A program made the position numbers and the translations under genes. The notes below the pieces were generated by a model, which had not been told where the DNA came from, did no database searches, and saw nothing but the letters and a program-made list of their open reading frames with translations. Below are positions 30,087-32,000 of a DNA stretch of 32,000 nucleotides, in pieces. The first letter of the stretch is position 1, and each line of letters begins with the position of its first letter. This DNA is from Ignicoccus hospitalis KIN4/I (GTDB lineage Archaea > Thermoproteota > Thermoprotei_A > Sulfolobales > Ignicoccaceae). Where the stretch lies: NCBI RefSeq assembly GCF_000017945.1, contig NC_009776.1, forward strand, positions 180,001-212,000. The letters are read 5' to 3'.

Positions 30087-32000
30087 ATGCCGCAAAGGTT
30101 TCGCCTCGCCCCTCGAGCGGACAAGATCATCAAAGAGATAAAGTTCGGAATACTCTCGCCGGACGAAATAAGGAAGATGGCCGTAGTGGCCGTCGTAACT
30201 GACCAAGCTTACGACGAGGCCGGCATGCCCGTGGAAGGGGGCATAATGGACCCCCGTATGGGGGTCACCAGCCCCGGCCAGAGGTGTCCCACTTGTGGTA
30301 ACACCCTTCACGACTGCCCCGGCCACTTCGGTTACATAGAGCTAGTGAAACCGGTAATACACTATGAGTTCGTGCCTCACATTTACGACGCCCTCCGCGC
30401 CACTTGCAGAGTCTGCGGCAGAGTGAAGCTCTCCGACGAGGAGATAGATAAATTCTTGCGGTTGTATGAGAAGTTGGAAAAGAAGTGGCCTTTACTGGCT
30501 AGGAGGGTAACTGCCTTCGTTAGGAAGAAGGCCGCGAAGGTGATGGAGTGCCCCCACTGCGGGGCGAAGCAGTACAAGATCAAGCTGGAGAAGCCCTACA
30601 ACTTCATTGAGGAGAGGATGCCCAGGCTCCACTACTTGAACCCGGAGGAGGTGAGGAGCAGGCTGGAAAACATACCCGACAAGGACGCTAAGGTACTCGG
30701 CTTCGACCCCAAAGAGGCCAGGCCGGAGTGGGCCGTACTTACCGTATTGCCCGTCCCCCCTGTCACTGTTAGGCCCTCGATTATCCTAGAAACCGGAATG
30801 AGGTCGGAGGACGACCTAACACACAAGCTAGCAGACATAGTTAGGACAAACAACAAGTTGAGGGAGAACATCGAAAGCGGCGCTTCGGAGGCAATGATAG
30901 AGAACTTGTGGGGCTTGCTCCAGTACCACGTGGCTACGTTCTTCGATAACGAGATCCCCGGCATCCCGCCCGCCAGGCACAGGTCGGGCAAGCCCTTGAG
31001 GACCTTGGCCCAGAGGCTCAAGGGCAAGGAAGGTAGGTTCCGTTCCAACCTCTCCGGTAAGAGGGTCGACTTCTCGGCTAGGACCGTCATCAGCCCCGAC
31101 CCTAACATATCGATAAACGAGGTAGGAGTCCCCATAGAGGTGGCCAAGACCCTCACGGTCCCGGTTAAGGTAACTCCTTGGAATATCGAAGAGATGAGGA
31201 AGTTGGTCATTAACGGCCCGGACAAGTGGCCCGGCGCCAACTACGTCATCATGAAGGACGGGCGCAGGATAGACTTGAGGTACGCCAAGGACCGCAAGAT
31301 AATTGCAGAGAGCTTGCAGCCCGGCTGGACCGTCGAGAGGCACTTGCAAGACGGGGACGTGGTGCTGTTCAACCGGCAGCCGTCCTTGCACAGGATGAGC
31401 ATAATGGCCCACTTAGTTAGGGTGCTGCCGGGCAAGACCTTCCGCCTCTGCCCGCTCGTCTGTCCCCCCTACAACGCCGACTTCGACGGCGACGAGATGA
31501 ACTTGCACGTGCCCCAGAGCGAGGAGGCGAGGGCTGAAGCGCTGGAGCTCATGCTGGTCGAGAAGCACATACTGAGCCCCAGGTACGGCGGCCCGATAAT
31601 CGGGGGCCTCCAAGATTACATCTCCGGCGCCTACTTGCTAACCACAGTCGCGACCTTGTTGGACAGGAGCGACGTGCAAGAGCTCCTAGGGGTTACGGGC
31701 TACGAGGGCGAGCTCCCGGAGCCCGCGATCTTGAGCCCCAAGACGGTGTGGACCGGGAAGCAGTTGTTCTCCGTGTTCTTGCCTAAGGACTTCAACTACT
31801 CCGGAAAGGCGAACATATCCACCGGCGAGCTCAAGTGCGACGACGAGTACTGCTTCTACGACTCCTTCGTGGTCGTCAGGGACGGAGAGCTGGTTGAAGG
31901 GGTGTTGGACAAGAAGTCCATAGGCCACGAGCAGCCTAAGAGCCTAATGCACTGGATAGTCTACGAGTACGGCCCGGAGAAGGGCAGGGAGATATACGAC
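30087..32000 (+). CDS. rpoA1: DNA-directed RNA polymerase subunit A' (5' part, continues beyond the window)
   Basis: My own translation from ATG 30087 stays open to 32000 (638 codons). It shows [12 protein letters not shown], the Zn site [82 protein letters not shown] and the catalytic [16 protein letters not shown]. It is absent from the ORF track because no stop occurs in the window. Confidence 0.96.
   Translation, partial: MPQRFRLAPRADKIIKEIKFGILSPDEIRKMAVVAVVTDQAYDEAGMPVEGGIMDPRMGVTSPGQRCPTCGNTLHDCPGHFGYIELVKPVIHYEFVPHIYDALRATCRVCGRVKLSDEEIDKFLRLYEKLEKKWPLLARRVTAFVRKKAAKVMECPHCGAKQYKIKLEKPYNFIEERMPRLHYLNPEEVRSRLENIPDKDAKVLGFDPKEARPEWAVLTVLPVPPVTVRPSIILETGMRSEDDLTHKLADIVRTNNKLRENIESGASEAMIENLWGLLQYHVATFFDNEIPGIPPARHRSGKPLRTLAQRLKGKEGRFRSNLSGKRVDFSARTVISPDPNISINEVGVPIEVAKTLTVPVKVTPWNIEEMRKLVINGPDKWPGANYVIMKDGRRIDLRYAKDRKIIAESLQPGWTVERHLQDGDVVLFNRQPSLHRMSIMAHLVRVLPGKTFRLCPLVCPPYNADFDGDEMNLHVPQSEEARAEALELMLVEKHILSPRYGGPIIGGLQDYISGAYLLTTVATLLDRSDVQELLGVTGYEGELPEPAILSPKTVWTGKQLFSVFLPKDFNYSGKANISTGELKCDDEYCFYDSFVVVRDGELVEGVLDKKSIGHEQPKSLMHWIVYEYGPEKGREIYD

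Noticed and set aside
30632-31412. Two long minus-strand ORFs (202 aa and 194 aa) inside rpoA'
   Set aside because: They are antisense to a region containing universally conserved RNAP motifs, including [10 protein letters not shown]. Their translations are low complexity.
1-32000. Search by eye for CRISPR repeats, tRNA/rRNA genes, IS elements, integrases and toxin-antitoxin pairs
   Set aside because: No regularly spaced repeats, no tRNA-like T-arm/acceptor patterns in the short intergenic regions (the largest free gaps are about 170 and 140 nt), and no transposase, integrase or recognisable TA motifs were seen. A tRNAscan/Infernal run would be needed to be definitive.

Overview
Gene-dense chromosomal segment of about 55% GC, roughly 90% coding. 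It reads like a hyperthermophilic crenarchaeon of the Desulfurococcales type. That assignment is inferred from gene content and coding style only: AGG/AGA Arg and ATA Ile codons, many TTG/GTG starts, frequent ATGA/GTGA start-stop overlaps, and TATA-like boxes about 25-40 nt upstream of starts. Recognisable housekeeping genes are the exosome core rrp4-rrp41-rrp42, aroE, thiL, valS, dcd, pyrD, queE, ribosomal protein L7Ae, a Fap7-type kinase, a gpt-like phosphoribosyltransferase, a TFE-beta/RPC34-like winged-helix Fe-S protein, and the 5' two-thirds of RNA polymerase subunit A', which runs off the window end. I saw no rRNA, tRNA, CRISPR array, transposase, integrase or long repeat. There is no obvious mobile or defence island, and I cannot point to one clear novel multi-gene system. 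The less ordinary content is listed here. (1) A translationally coupled MoxR AAA+ / transglutaminase-like membrane protein / small membrane protein module without the usual DUF58/vWA partner. (2) An isolated 79-aa ORF with 12 Trp and 11 Arg and its own promoter- and terminator-like signals. (3) A secreted 397-aa protein ending in a canonical duplicated dockerin Ca-loop module. (4) Two orphan ORFs with class III (type IV pilin-like) signal peptides. (5) A protein resembling a PflA/AmmeMemoRadiSam-type radical SAM enzyme that lacks the CxxxCxxC triad. (6) A valS with HIGA in place of HIGH. (7) A Cys-rich orphan HerA/FtsK-like ATPase. (8) An RCK(TrkA)-MscS coupled pair. (9) L7Ae coupled to queE, with a degenerate C/D-box or K-turn-like element upstream. 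(10) rpoA' detached from rpoB. All functional calls come from motif recognition by eye. No database search was run.
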